From Microcoleaceae cyanobacterium (GTDB lineage: Bacteria > Cyanobacteriota > Cyanobacteriia > Cyanobacteriales > Microcoleaceae): DNA of 24,529 nt. Position 1 is the first letter of the stretch; every line of letters starts with the position of its first letter. A program made the position numbers and the translations under genes. The stretch covers positions 1 through 24,529 of the forward strand of contig JBOFUV010000072.1 in NCBI GenBank assembly GCA_051652765.1, in the 5' to 3' direction. A model generated the notes under the pieces. It did no database searches. It worked only from the letters and a program-made list of their open reading frames with translations, and had not been told where the DNA came from. This document shows positions 6,732-16,504 of this stretch, in pieces.

Positions 6732-8405
6732 TTATGAGCCAAGGATAAACACAGCGAACATCCCAATCACCCCGGCAACGACTAGGAGAATACCGATCAC
6801 AGGTAATAACCGGCGAAGTACAATTCCCTCTTCTCCTGCTAATCCCACGGTTGCGACTGCCGCTACAATATTGGACACTGCAATCATGTTTCCGTATGCA
6901 GAGCCTGTAAGCTGCAATGCCAGAATCCAGGATGGCAATACACCAATTTGTTCAGCAACCCCAAACTGGAATAAACCAAACATCATGTTGCTGACCGTTG
7001 CACTTCCGGCCACAAAACAGCCTATCGTACCAATGACAGGAGCAAAGAAAGGCCACACTGCTCCCGCCAGACTCGAAGCCCCATCTGCCAATGTCAAGGG
7101 CATACTTTGCAGTCCTGCGTCGTTCACACCAGAGTTCATAAAGATCTTTGCCAATGGCACGGAGGCTCCGATTGCCAACGCTGTTGATACAATTGATGTC
7201 GTAGCTCCGGCGATCGCCCGTCTCACCTGCCCCGACTTCATCCGATAGAGAAGACAGGTGATGACCACTACAAGAATAAAAATGCTTCCAGGCAGAAATA
7301 GCGGCTGGGTTGAAATGCTAACCGATGTCCCAAAAATATTTAAAAAGTCAATTCGAGCGGATTGTAACCATTCGCGAAAGGGTAGGAAACGGAGCCGGGA
7401 AAGGATCAGAAACACACTTAACAGAACGTAGGGTGCCCAGGCATACAGCGCTGTCATGTTAAAAGGTCTCTGAGACACCGAGGGAGTACTTGCTCCCGCC
7501 CAAGAAGAAGGCCACTCCCGTTGATCTGGGAAGTCCCATTGCTCCCTTGGGACTAAAAACCCGCGCTTGGCAGCAGGAACCACAATCGCCAGACCCAGCA
7601 AACCCCCCAACAGGGTTGGGAACTCTGGGCCAATCAGGACTGCGGTAAGGGTGTAAGGAATGACAAATGCAAGTCCAGCAAATAGAGCAAACTTAGCCGC
7701 CAACAAACCATCTTTCCAGGATCGACGCTGACCAAAATAAGCAGTTATGGTCATGATCAACAACAAAGGCATAAAAATCCCGATTAAGCCCTGGATTAAA
7801 CCTGTCTTTGCCCCAATATCAGCCAGGTAATCCGAGAGGGTTAAACCCAAGCGAGCTAGTTCCTGCTCAACCGCAGCGTTATCTTCCAAACCGCTTTCCA
7901 AACCAATCAGAATGGGAACCCCCACTCCACCAAAAGCAGAGGCCGTGGATTGAATGATCAGCATCGCAATCACAGCAGCCATCGCTGGAAATCCAATTGT
8001 AACCAGCAGCGGCACACAAATCACAGCAGGTGTCCCGAAACCAGAAGCCCCTTCGATAAAACTGCCAAATAACCAGGCAATGATAATCACTTGAACCCGG
8101 CGATCCTGAGAGATATTCAGTAATCCCTGGCGAATCTTGCCAATCGCACCAGACTCTTGAAGGATATTGAGCAGCAAGATCGCACCAAACACAATGTAGA
8201 GAATCTCAAGGGTAACGATCAGTCCCTCAACTGTAGACGCAGCCACATGAACAAAGGGCATTTTCCAGACCAGCAATGCAATCAGCACAGTCACCCCGTA
8301 GGCAGCAGACATGGCCTGAGTTGCCGAAAGATTGACAACGACCAGAAGCAAAAATGCAACGATGATCGGTGCAAATGCTAGAAGCGAGTAGAAAGCTAGT
8401 TGCAT
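6732..8405 (-). CDS. Lactate/glycolate permease (LctP/LldP/GlcA family)
   Basis: 557 aa polytopic membrane protein with family motifs ISQDRRVQVIIIAWLFGSFIEGASGFGTP, GPEFPTLLG and FVAGSATVSNMMF. Confidence 0.92.
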   Translation of the reverse strand: MQLAFYSLLAFAPIIVAFLLLVVVNLSATQAMSAAYGVTVLIALLVWKMPFVHVAASTVEGLIVTLEILYIVFGAILLLNILQESGAIGKIRQGLLNISQDRRVQVIIIAWLFGSFIEGASGFGTPAVICVPLLVTIGFPAMAAVIAMLIIQSTASAFGGVGVPILIGLESGLEDNAAVEQELARLGLTLSDYLADIGAKTGLIQGLIGIFMPLLLIMTITAYFGQRRSWKDGLLAAKFALFAGLAFVIPYTLTAVLIGPEFPTLLGGLLGLAIVVPAAKRGFLVPREQWDFPDQREWPSSWAGASTPSVSQRPFNMTALYAWAPYVLLSVFLILSRLRFLPFREWLQSARIDFLNIFGTSVSISTQPLFLPGSIFILVVVITCLLYRMKSGQVRRAIAGATTSIVSTALAIGASVPLAKIFMNSGVNDAGLQSMPLTLADGASSLAGAVWPFFAPVIGTIGCFVAGSATVSNMMFGLFQFGVAEQIGVLPSWILALQLTGSAYGNMIAVSNIVAAVATVGLAGEEGIVLRRLLPVIGILLVVAGVIGMFAVFILGS

Positions 8406-8579
8406 AGAACGTTTAGAGATTTATCTAAATTCAAAGTTATATCCCTGTTACACGACCAGTTGATCTAGGTCTCCTTGCGGCCTTGCAATGCTCCATTCAA
8501 GTCAGCGCGGCCCTCAATGTGAATGGAATAACTAAAATCGTGCAATCACGATCAACAGCCTAGAAACTTCTATATCGTA

Positions 8580-8773
8580 CTCTTGGTAATATCAACTTTG
8601 TGATGACAACTAAATATTTAGCTTCAAAAGATCGGCAAGCATATAATCCGTTGGTCAACCAAATACTTAACAATAATAAATTCTGAAGCCAAGTGCAAAG
8701 GGGTCTCACTTTCATTGGTCTTGGCATTGACATTTGCCCCATTTTTGACCAAGAATTTAACTATCTCTAGCTT
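8580..8773 (-). pseudogene. Degraded ankyrin-repeat gene fragment
   Basis: Frame 8773->8624 reads KLEIVKFLVKNGANVNAKTNESETPLHLASEFIIVKYLVDQ..., a clear ankyrin consensus. An adjacent frame continues LYACRSFEAKYLV. No convincing start codon; repeats show internal deletions and frameshifts. Confidence 0.75.
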
Positions 8774-8888
8774 TGAAACGTCTAATCTCGGGTTGTGACT
8801 TGCACTTTGCGATCGCTCCTAATCCCTAATTCGGTCAAATGCGACCTTCATCAACCAGAGGAAACTCTACTTTTGATTAAGTTGCACG

Positions 8889-9626
8889 TTAATCTACATA
8901 ATCAAACAACACGGTATTCATGTAGTAATCCGCCCATTCAGAACCGAAGGCTTTTTCCAAAACCCGACGGGTTTTGTCATTGCGCTGTTGTTGAATACAA
9001 TAATGGCGTTGAGCCGCACTGAGTTGTGGCTGCTGTTCCGCAGGAACTGGAGTCTGGGTGCTTGCATAGTGACAGTGAACCTGAAGGTAAGATTCAACAA
9101 TGTCCAAGAACCGGGTCTCTTCCTGAACTGTTGTGGGTCGAATGAATAAGCAAAATTCAGAGAAAATATCTCCCCAAGCTGGAATTTCTCGGGGCTGTGC
9201 AAAGCTGTGAATCGGCAGTCTTGCTAGCTCGGCATGGTAAGCCGGTGGCAAAACTCGCTCAGGATTGGTCGGAGAAAGATCGGCGATCGCCGCACTGATC
9301 TGACCCCGTCCTCCAACTAAATCTGTGCCAAAGGTTGGTAGGGCATAATTTGCACGGGGAAACATGACACAGTGCAGAATATCCAGACTATGTCCGACCT
9401 TGGCTAGCTCCAAGTGCATCTTGCGAAATTGAGGCGTTTGATAGCACTTGTTCTCAATGGTTAACTTCTCTCCCTCCAAGCGGCCCTCCACATATCCCAA
9501 CTCCGCCGGAAAATCGTAAGGTTCTAAGTCAAAATGACGGCTCCAAGTTGCCTCAATCCGATTAGCAAGTTGACGAATCAAGGGATGTTGTTGCTCTCTT
9601 AGAGATGAAATTGAGCTGTTTAGCAT
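8889..9626 (-). CDS. pcyA: Phycocyanobilin:ferredoxin oxidoreductase
   Basis: 245 aa with [59 protein letters not shown] and [13 protein letters not shown]. Confidence 0.97.
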   Translation of the reverse strand: MLNSSISSLREQQHPLIRQLANRIEATWSRHFDLEPYDFPAELGYVEGRLEGEKLTIENKCYQTPQFRKMHLELAKVGHSLDILHCVMFPRANYALPTFGTDLVGGRGQISAAIADLSPTNPERVLPPAYHAELARLPIHSFAQPREIPAWGDIFSEFCLFIRPTTVQEETRFLDIVESYLQVHCHYASTQTPVPAEQQPQLSAAQRHYCIQQQRNDKTRRVLEKAFGSEWADYYMNTVLFDYVD

Positions 9627-9751
9627 TAAAGAGTGCGCGAGTGATGGGTCAAAACTGGAATTGAACTATAGTAATGATAGTAACGATAAGAAGTTCTAGA
9701 TCCTATCTTGAACTAAGCATATCACTAGGCTAGAGCTAGAGAGGAGGGCTA

Positions 9752-9922
9752 ATGTTTGGTTTAGGATGGCCAGAGGCGGGTATAATTCTAGTCGTCGCGT
9801 TGTTGATCTTCGGCCCCAAAAAAGTCCCCGAACTGGGTAAGACTCTGGGTCAAGCACTGAGAGGATTTCGAGATGAATTGAAAGGTTCAGCCTCAAAGTC
9901 AGGGTCAGACACTCAAGACTAG
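9752..9922 (+). CDS. tatA: Twin-arginine translocase subunit TatA/TatE
   Basis: Manual translation (56 aa, below the ORF-track cutoff): MFGLGWPEAGIILVVALLIFGPKKVPELGKTLGQALRGFRDELKGSASKSGSDTQD. TM helix, FGPKK hinge and amphipathic helix. GAGGAGG SD at 9741-9747. Confidence 0.95.
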   Translation: MFGLGWPEAGIILVVALLIFGPKKVPELGKTLGQALRGFRDELKGSASKSGSDTQD

Positions 9923-9943
9923 TCAGGCTTTGATCGGTTCAGG

Positions 9944-10067
9944 ATCTTTGCGTAGAAATCTTTGCAGAATAAAATCTTCGCACACAAATCTTTGCATAAA
10001 ATCTTTGTATAACTTTGCATAAGGTCTCAGCGGACATTTAAAGCGGACATTTAAAGCGGATATTTAA
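9944..10067. repeat. Two adjacent short tandem repeat arrays
   Basis: About 6 degenerate ATCTTTGCA-core units (9944-10022, period 11-16), then 3 copies of the 13-mer AGCGGA(C/T)ATTTAA (10029-10067). Confidence 0.85.
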
Positions 10068-10074
10068 AAATGCT

Positions 10075-10097
10075 CGTTGTTGGCAACAAAACAATTT
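10075..10097. repeat. Dispersed 23-bp repeat, copy 1
   Basis: CGTTGTTGGCAACAAAACAATTT is 21/23 identical to 21773-21795. Confidence 0.7.
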
Positions 10098-10290
10098 CGA
10101 TTTCCCAAAATTCTGCTTAAAATGCCGGAAGCTTTGACGCGGGTTCTGATTCGTTCAAGGTTTACTAACATTAATTTTGGGGGTGACCGCTGAACGACAA
10201 TTCGACTCAGATCTTACCCAAGCTCCGGGCAAGCTGCTAAGGTATTAACTTGAGATCTGGTAACTTGCTGTTCACTCCTGTAACGATTCT

Positions 10291-12435
10291 ATGGTTTGTT
10301 TTCTCCTTGAAGTTGGTACCGAAGAACTTCCCGCTCCCTTTGTTGAAAGCGCGATTCAGCAATTGCAAGGACTAATCCCAGCCGCCTTGGAGGAGCAATT
10401 TCTTACCTACAGTTCTCTCCAAGTTTACGGTACTCCTCGGCGATTGGCTGTTGTGATCGAGGGACTTCCCGAGCAGCAACCGGATCGGGAAGAGGAACTG
10501 AAAGGCCCCCCCGCATCCACTGCTTTCAAAGATGGCAAACCCACAAAAGCCGTAGAGGGATTTGCCAAAAAACAGGGCGTTGACCTGAAGGATCTAGAAG
10601 TTCGTCCGACAGATAAGGGCGACTTTGTCTTTGTGCTGAAGAAAATTGCAGGCCGTCCCACCTCAGAACTGCTGACTGAACTGATTCCCCAGTGGATTAC
10701 CCAGCTAGAAGGCAAACGATTCATGCGTTGGGGAGATGGGGATTTGCGGTTTCCTCGCCCCATTCGTTGGCTGGTGGTGTTGTTAGACAACCAAGTTTTG
10801 CCCGTAACGTTGGTGAGTGGCTCCGATCAGATTAAGAGCGATCGCCAGTCTCAAGCCCACCGCGTTTTACATCCCGAACCGATCACCGTATCAACTGCAC
10901 AAGAGTATGTGACCGCTTTACGAAAAGCCTTTGTAGAGGTTAATCCTGAGGCCCGAAGGACAAGAATTGAGCAGGGGATTCAATCCGCTGCAAAAACTGT
11001 TGGAGGAACCCCAGAGATTCCTGCTGATTTACTCAATGAAGTGGTCAATTTGGTGGAATGGCCGACGGCAGTCGTGGGAAAGTTTGATGAATCCTTTCTG
11101 AATCTTCCCACCGAAGTGATTACTACAGTCATGGTGACTCACCAACGCTATTTTCCAATCTCAGAACGAGATACCAAATCAACTTTAAAGCCCTATTTTG
11201 TCACGATTTCTAATGGTGATCCCGCTAAATCAGACGGGATTGCGGCAGGCAATGGTCGGGTGATTCGAGCCCGGTTGGCAGATGGGCAATTTTTTTATCA
11301 TTCAGACTTGAAGCAACCCTTAGAACGTTACTTGCCCCAGTTGGAAACGGTTACCTTTCAAGAAAATTTGGGCACGGTTCGAGATAAGGTCAACCGCATT
11401 TGTCAGGCTGCCAACTTAATCTTAGAACAGTTAAAGATTGCCGATCCAGAACGCAGTCAAATTCAACGGGCGGCCCTGCTCTGTAAGACGGATTTGGTGA
11501 CTCAAATGGTGTATGAATTTCCTGAGTTGCAGGGCGTTATGGGAGAAAAATATGCTCGGGCGGGGGGTGAACCGGAAGCCGTTGCCACGGCAATTTTTGA
11601 ACATTACTTACCCAGGGATGCGAGCGATGGTTTACCCAAAACCTTAGTCGGTCAAGTTGTGGGATTGGCAGATCGATTAGACACCTTGGTGAGTATTTTC
11701 GGGTTGGGAATGATTCCCTCTGGCTCCTCCGATCCCTTTGCTTTACGGCGAGCTGCGAATGCTGTTCTAAACATTACTTGGATGGCAGATCTGCCCTTGA
11801 ATTTGCATGAACTTTTGGGGCAACTGGCGACAGAATTTATCCAATCCCATGAACAGTCCTTGCCCGATTTAATCCCTCAACTTTATGATTTTTTCCTCCA
11901 ACGGATTCGGACGTTACTCCAAGATGAAAACGGGATTAATTATGACTTGGTCAATGCAGTGTTGGGAGAGAATGATCCCGAGTATACGGAGCGGGCATTA
12001 AAAGATTTACTTGATGTGCGCGATCGCGCCCTGTTCCTACAATTCATTCGTCAAGATGGCACCCTGGAAAAAATTTACGAAACCATCAACCGTTCTACGC
12101 GGCTAGCCAAACAGGGGGATTTGGAGACCACTCAACTCAGTCCGAAAGCCGTGGTTCAGCCTAAATTGTTTGAAAAATCCTCAGAACAGGGTTTCTATGA
12201 TGCCTTGCTCCAACTCCTGCCCAAAACTCAAACCGCTCAGTCCACTCGCAACTATCGCCAGTTCGTGGAGGGTTTTGTAGAAATTGCCCCCACGGTGAGT
12301 CGGTTTTTTGATGGGCCAGAGAGTGTGCTGGTGATGGATAATAACCCTGAGATCAAACGTAATCGGCTCAATCTGTTGGGATTGCTGAGGAATCATGGCC
12401 GGGTGTTGGCGGATTTTGGAGCAATCGTTCGGTAA
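10291..12435 (+). CDS. glyS: Glycine--tRNA ligase beta subunit
   Basis: 714 aa with [23 protein letters not shown]...[40 protein letters not shown] and NRLNLL. Confidence 0.98.
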   Translation: MVCFLLEVGTEELPAPFVESAIQQLQGLIPAALEEQFLTYSSLQVYGTPRRLAVVIEGLPEQQPDREEELKGPPASTAFKDGKPTKAVEGFAKKQGVDLKDLEVRPTDKGDFVFVLKKIAGRPTSELLTELIPQWITQLEGKRFMRWGDGDLRFPRPIRWLVVLLDNQVLPVTLVSGSDQIKSDRQSQAHRVLHPEPITVSTAQEYVTALRKAFVEVNPEARRTRIEQGIQSAAKTVGGTPEIPADLLNEVVNLVEWPTAVVGKFDESFLNLPTEVITTVMVTHQRYFPISERDTKSTLKPYFVTISNGDPAKSDGIAAGNGRVIRARLADGQFFYHSDLKQPLERYLPQLETVTFQENLGTVRDKVNRICQAANLILEQLKIADPERSQIQRAALLCKTDLVTQMVYEFPELQGVMGEKYARAGGEPEAVATAIFEHYLPRDASDGLPKTLVGQVVGLADRLDTLVSIFGLGMIPSGSSDPFALRRAANAVLNITWMADLPLNLHELLGQLATEFIQSHEQSLPDLIPQLYDFFLQRIRTLLQDENGINYDLVNAVLGENDPEYTERALKDLLDVRDRALFLQFIRQDGTLEKIYETINRSTRLAKQGDLETTQLSPKAVVQPKLFEKSSEQGFYDALLQLLPKTQTAQSTRNYRQFVEGFVEIAPTVSRFFDGPESVLVMDNNPEIKRNRLNLLGLLRNHGRVLADFGAIVR

Positions 12436-12493
12436 GGGTTCAGCAACAGGATACAATCAGGGTTGATTTTCCTCAATCACCCGTTAACGTTTT

Positions 12494-13855
12494 ATGCCCA
12501 AGGCCCATGTGATCGGTTTAGGACGATCTGGAAATGCTGCTGCACGAGTGTTAAACTCCCAAGGCTGGGAAGTTGTCGTCAGCGATCGCAATACTTCAGT
12601 AACCCTCGAACCGCAGAAGCAATCCCTAACTCAGGAAGGGGTGACCGTTCACTTGGGGGAGAACTTTGAACCCGATGCCTCTTTGGACTTAGTCGTTGCC
12701 AGCCCAGGAGTGCCCTGGGACATTGCCCCGCTGCAAAAGGCCCGTACCCTAGGGATTGAAACTATTGGGGAAATGGAACTGGCGTGGCGCAACTTGAACG
12801 CAGTACCCTGGGTTGGGATCACCGGAACCAACGGCAAAACCACAACAACTGCTTTAATTGCAGCCATATTTGAAGCTGCCGGACTCCACGCTCCGGCCTG
12901 TGGCAACATTGGCTATGCGGCCTGTGAATTGGCCCTCGAACAATGCAGCGCCTCTAAATCTCTGGATTGGGCGATCGCTGAAATTAGCAGCTACCAGATT
13001 GAGTCTGCTTCTACCTTGGCCCCCCGCATTGGGGTTTGGACAACGTTTACCCCCGATCATCTCAGCCGTCACTATACCCTAGATAATTACTACGCTATCA
13101 AAGCTAAGCTCCTAAACCAGTCTGAACTTCAAGTGATCAACGGGGATGATCCCTACCTGCGAGAACACACTGTTCAGCAATGGCCCGAGGGTTGCTGGAC
13201 AAGCGTGACCGGGAGAGCCAATTTGCTGGGGTCTCCGGAGCTAGGGGTTTACCTGGAGAACGGTTGGGTGATGCAAAACGGCGAAGCCATTGTTGAAGCC
13301 AACACTCTCTCCATGGTCGGCAGTCACAATCAACAAAATCTCTTGATGGCTGTCGCCGCCGCTCGGTTGGCGGGAATTGATCGGGCGGCAATCTCCCAGG
13401 CGATCGCGACTTTCCCCGGTGTTCCCCATCGGCTTGAATCCATTTGCACCTGGCAAGGCATTCACTGGATCAATGACAGCAAAGCCACCAACTATGATGC
13501 TGCCGAGGTGGGGTTGAAAGCGGTTCAGGCTCCTGTGATTCTGATTGCCGGAGGAGAAGCCAAAGCCGGGAATGATACCCAGTGGGTTCGTCAAATTCAG
13601 GAAAAAACAGCCATGGTTTTGCTAATTGGGGATGCTGCCCAGACCTTTGCTCAACGGTTACAACAGGTAAATTACTCAACCTTTGAAATTGTAGAAACCC
13701 TGGAACGTGCGGTTGCCCGAGCCCAAGAGTTGGCCCTGCAGTTGCAGGTTAGTGTTGTACTGCTCTCCCCAGCTTGCGCCAGTTTTGACCAATTTAATAG
13801 CTTTGAAGATCGGGGCGATCGCTTTCGCCAATTATGTCTGGAGCTGCTGAGCTAA
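12494..13855 (+). CDS. murD: UDP-N-acetylmuramoyl-L-alanine--D-glutamate ligase
   Basis: 453 aa with [39 protein letters not shown] and [12 protein letters not shown]. Confidence 0.98.
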   Translation: MPKAHVIGLGRSGNAAARVLNSQGWEVVVSDRNTSVTLEPQKQSLTQEGVTVHLGENFEPDASLDLVVASPGVPWDIAPLQKARTLGIETIGEMELAWRNLNAVPWVGITGTNGKTTTTALIAAIFEAAGLHAPACGNIGYAACELALEQCSASKSLDWAIAEISSYQIESASTLAPRIGVWTTFTPDHLSRHYTLDNYYAIKAKLLNQSELQVINGDDPYLREHTVQQWPEGCWTSVTGRANLLGSPELGVYLENGWVMQNGEAIVEANTLSMVGSHNQQNLLMAVAAARLAGIDRAAISQAIATFPGVPHRLESICTWQGIHWINDSKATNYDAAEVGLKAVQAPVILIAGGEAKAGNDTQWVRQIQEKTAMVLLIGDAAQTFAQRLQQVNYSTFEIVETLERAVARAQELALQLQVSVVLLSPACASFDQFNSFEDRGDRFRQLCLELLS

Positions 13856-14242
13856 AATTCATCCTTGCTCTTCTAACTTCCAGCAAAACAGGATTTCGTG
13901 AAGTTCTCAAATTCCTCTAGATGCTCCAGAGGATTCCAGTTGGATCGTTAAAGAATTGAGGTTAGAATGAACCAAGACCATCTCTGAACTCTGATTTTTC
14001 GATACGTTCCTACTTCAGTGAAATGACTGATGGGTCTGGATGAATTGGGTGCTAAAAATAACAGTTGAAGTTGACCAGATACCCTTAAGATTGATCTGTT
14101 TAATTCTTCATCTACTAGGGTAGTAAAACTCAACAGATCTAGGGAGACTTTTAGTTAATTGGATCACCTTGATGAATCTATGAATATTGGTTTTCCAGTG
14201 GTTCTGGATGCCTCTGAGAATAAAGACTCAGTAATTCTGTTG

Positions 14243-14275
14243 GAAAGTTTATCTGAAAGTTTATCTGAAAAGTTT
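14243..14275. repeat. 12-bp tandem repeat upstream of the flippase
   Basis: GAAAGTTTATCT x2 plus partial GAAAAGTTT. Confidence 0.7.
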
Positions 14276-14356
14276 CAACCCTTTTTCTAGGGGTTTGAAT
14301 CCAACAAACTGCTCCGTTTATCCCTCGTTTTCTAGTTCAGGCCCACCTATTTCACT

Positions 14357-15778
14357 ATGAAAAAACTACTGGCACGTTTGGATCTTTCCTATATCTACGC
14401 CTTCGTTGGAGAAGCCACTTTAGCTCTAACTTTGGCGTTTTTTATTGTTCTAGCTCGTGAACTTGGGCCGGAACAGTACGGGGTTTTTGCTGCTGCTGTT
14501 GCCCTAGCTGCGATTCTTTCCCTGTTTATTCAGTTTGGGATACCGCCCCTGATCAACCGTGAAGTTGCCGCCCACCCTGAAGCAGGGCAACGCATGACGG
14601 TTAAAGCGCTCTTGGTTGAAGCCCTCAGTTCTTGCGGGGTGTTTCTGATCCTCCTACCCCTGGTTTGGGTTCTCGGCTATCGAGGCGAGAGTATTCTAAT
14701 CTGTTACCTGGCCGTGCTGGCAGAGGTGTGGCGAGCAATGATTATGACCCTCCGTAATGTTGCCAAGGGGGTGGGATGGTTCAGGGCTGAGAGTGTGGCA
14801 GTCACCGTTGAACGGGCAACAACCATTGTGATTTCCTGTTGGGTTTTATTTCAGACCCAAAACTTGGTTCTGGTTATGGCAACGACAATGCTAGTCAGAG
14901 GACTGAATGCCTTGGGGTTATTTTATTACCTCAATCGTAGACTGAATCTCTGGTCTGAGATTAGCTGGAAAGGGTTGTGGGAAATTGTGCAAAAATCCTA
15001 TCCTTTTGCCATGGCTGGAGTTTTGTGGATTATTTATTACCAAGTTGATGTGGTCATGCTTGGGGTGCTGTCTTCAAAGGCAGAAACTGGATTCTATAGT
15101 GCCTCTTACCGAATTCTCGAAATTTTTTCAGCCCTGCCCCGCGTCATTTTTTATGTGATTTACACCCGATTTTCTAAATATCATGTCAAAGACCCTAATA
15201 AGTTGCCAGAGCAAATTTACAAAGGCACTCGTTTACTGCTAGGAGTTGTGATGCCAACACTCTTAATTGCTGGCTTTTTTCAAGAAACTCTTGTGAAGGG
15301 TCTCTATGGAGCTGAATTCTCTCGGTCTGTGGCATCTTTGTCTATCCTCTTACCCAGTTTAAGTATTAAGATGATCGGAGGTCTGGCCAATCATCTTTGC
15401 CAAGCAACGGAGCACGAGAAGAAACTGCCGCCTCTTTTACTAGGGGCTGCTCTGACAAACGTTGGGATTAATTTCTTACTGATTCCTCGTTTAGGCTCTC
15501 CTGGAGCAGCTCTAGCCACTTTTATCAGTGAATGTATCTTAACAACACTGACCTTAATCTTGATCAGAAAGATTGGCTACAAACAGATTGGGATTCGCTT
15601 GGGTTGGCTGACAATTTTTAGTCTAGTGGTTACCGGAACTCCTTCTTTGCTAATCTTCACCCCCCTCCCTCTTGGGGTTGGGATCGCCCTAATCCTTGGC
15701 GGGTGTGCTGCGATTTTCGCCCTAATGCGTCCCAATCAGTTTATGCGATTAGACTCACCACAGGTCACTGTTAATTAA
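14357..15778 (+). CDS. Wzx-type polysaccharide flippase (MOP superfamily)
   Basis: 473 aa with many TM segments and motifs LARELGPEQYG, IYYQVDVVML...GFYSASYR and NFLLIPRLGSPGAALAT. Confidence 0.9.
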   Translation: MKKLLARLDLSYIYAFVGEATLALTLAFFIVLARELGPEQYGVFAAAVALAAILSLFIQFGIPPLINREVAAHPEAGQRMTVKALLVEALSSCGVFLILLPLVWVLGYRGESILICYLAVLAEVWRAMIMTLRNVAKGVGWFRAESVAVTVERATTIVISCWVLFQTQNLVLVMATTMLVRGLNALGLFYYLNRRLNLWSEISWKGLWEIVQKSYPFAMAGVLWIIYYQVDVVMLGVLSSKAETGFYSASYRILEIFSALPRVIFYVIYTRFSKYHVKDPNKLPEQIYKGTRLLLGVVMPTLLIAGFFQETLVKGLYGAEFSRSVASLSILLPSLSIKMIGGLANHLCQATEHEKKLPPLLLGAALTNVGINFLLIPRLGSPGAALATFISECILTTLTLILIRKIGYKQIGIRLGWLTIFSLVVTGTPSLLIFTPLPLGVGIALILGGCAAIFALMRPNQFMRLDSPQVTVN

Positions 15779-15963
15779 GGGCTAGTTTCAAACTTTGATC
15801 AGGAAAACTATTCAGTCTGCTAGCGATCGCGCTCACCTGTAAGTCAATCTCGGCTGGGAGCATGGTCAACCGTTTTATATTCAATTTATATAAATTTGTT
15901 TATAAATTTGTTATGTAAATTTGTATAAAATTGAGAACATATGCAGCGGTTTTTGAATTAGTA

Positions 15964-16100
15964 ATATCAAATCCGGCTGATTGCTGGTGATCAGGGAAGT
16001 GTGGAGGCGATCGCGAAGCGTTGCGCTAATATCAGCCGCCACAAAGGAGGCCAGACCCCTTCACCCCTTTTTTCTACGGTTATTCAAACGGATTTGATAT
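15964..16100. mobile_element. MITE-like element, 137 bp, with perfect 12-bp terminal inverted repeats
   Basis: ATATCAAATCCG (15964-15975) ... CGGATTTGATAT (16089-16100). Non-coding, GC-richer interior containing one HIP1, in AT-rich flanks. Confidence 0.65.
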
Positions 16101-16504
16101 GAGATTTAAGACCGATAAACTGAATTTAAACTTTAGCTCTTACGCTCAGAATAATCGTGGCAGTTAACAAGAGTGAGTTCAGGGTTGGCTAAAACCCCTG
16201 TTCCGTCTGACTCCTGTATGGCTTGACCCTCCCTTTCTTGTCTAAGTAAAAGCTACTCAAGAGGTTCATACTCCCTAAATTGATTGGTTGTTGAGTGATA
16301 TCTGAGGTGACAAAGTATAAGAATTTTGGGTGGTTTTTGGGTGGAAATCTTATACTTTATTGAGTTTTACTCATCTGAAACCTTTGTGTAGCAGTTGGTA
16401 TAGGCTGTTTCAACAAACCCCCAGTAGCTTTTAACAGATTTCCTGACCTAGACTTGTATTACTCAAGTTCTAGATTGTTCCTCTTCATCAACCACCGTGG
16501 ATCT

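Noticed and set aside
6724..7248. 174-aa + strand ORF, and similar antisense/off-frame ORFs inside phaE, glyS, murD, the S9 peptidase and wzc
   Set aside because: They lie within well-supported genes and have no recognisable motifs; this is expected from codon bias on the opposite strand.
8560..8742. 60-aa minus-strand ORF MGQMSMPRPMK...
   Set aside because: It is mostly the wrong frame of the ankyrin remnant; the protein-like signal is in the neighbouring frame.
9696..9896. 66-aa minus-strand ORF
   Set aside because: Antisense to the clear tatA gene (9752-9922, +).
9944..10067. Repeat arrays as a possible CRISPR array
   Set aside because: Units are 11-16 bp and head-to-tail, with no unique 30-40 bp spacers.
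10176..10195. GGGGGTGACCGC upstream of glyS resembling a T-box
   Set aside because: It does not match GGTGGNACCGCG, there is no stem I/specifier or following U-tract terminator, and T-boxes are not typical of cyanobacteria.
10291..12435. glyS without an adjacent glyQ
   Set aside because: The alpha and beta subunit genes are commonly unlinked in cyanobacteria, so this is not unusual.
13948..14133. 61-aa minus-strand ORF between murD and the flippase
   Set aside because: TTG start, no recognisable motif and AT-rich intergenic composition; not supportable.
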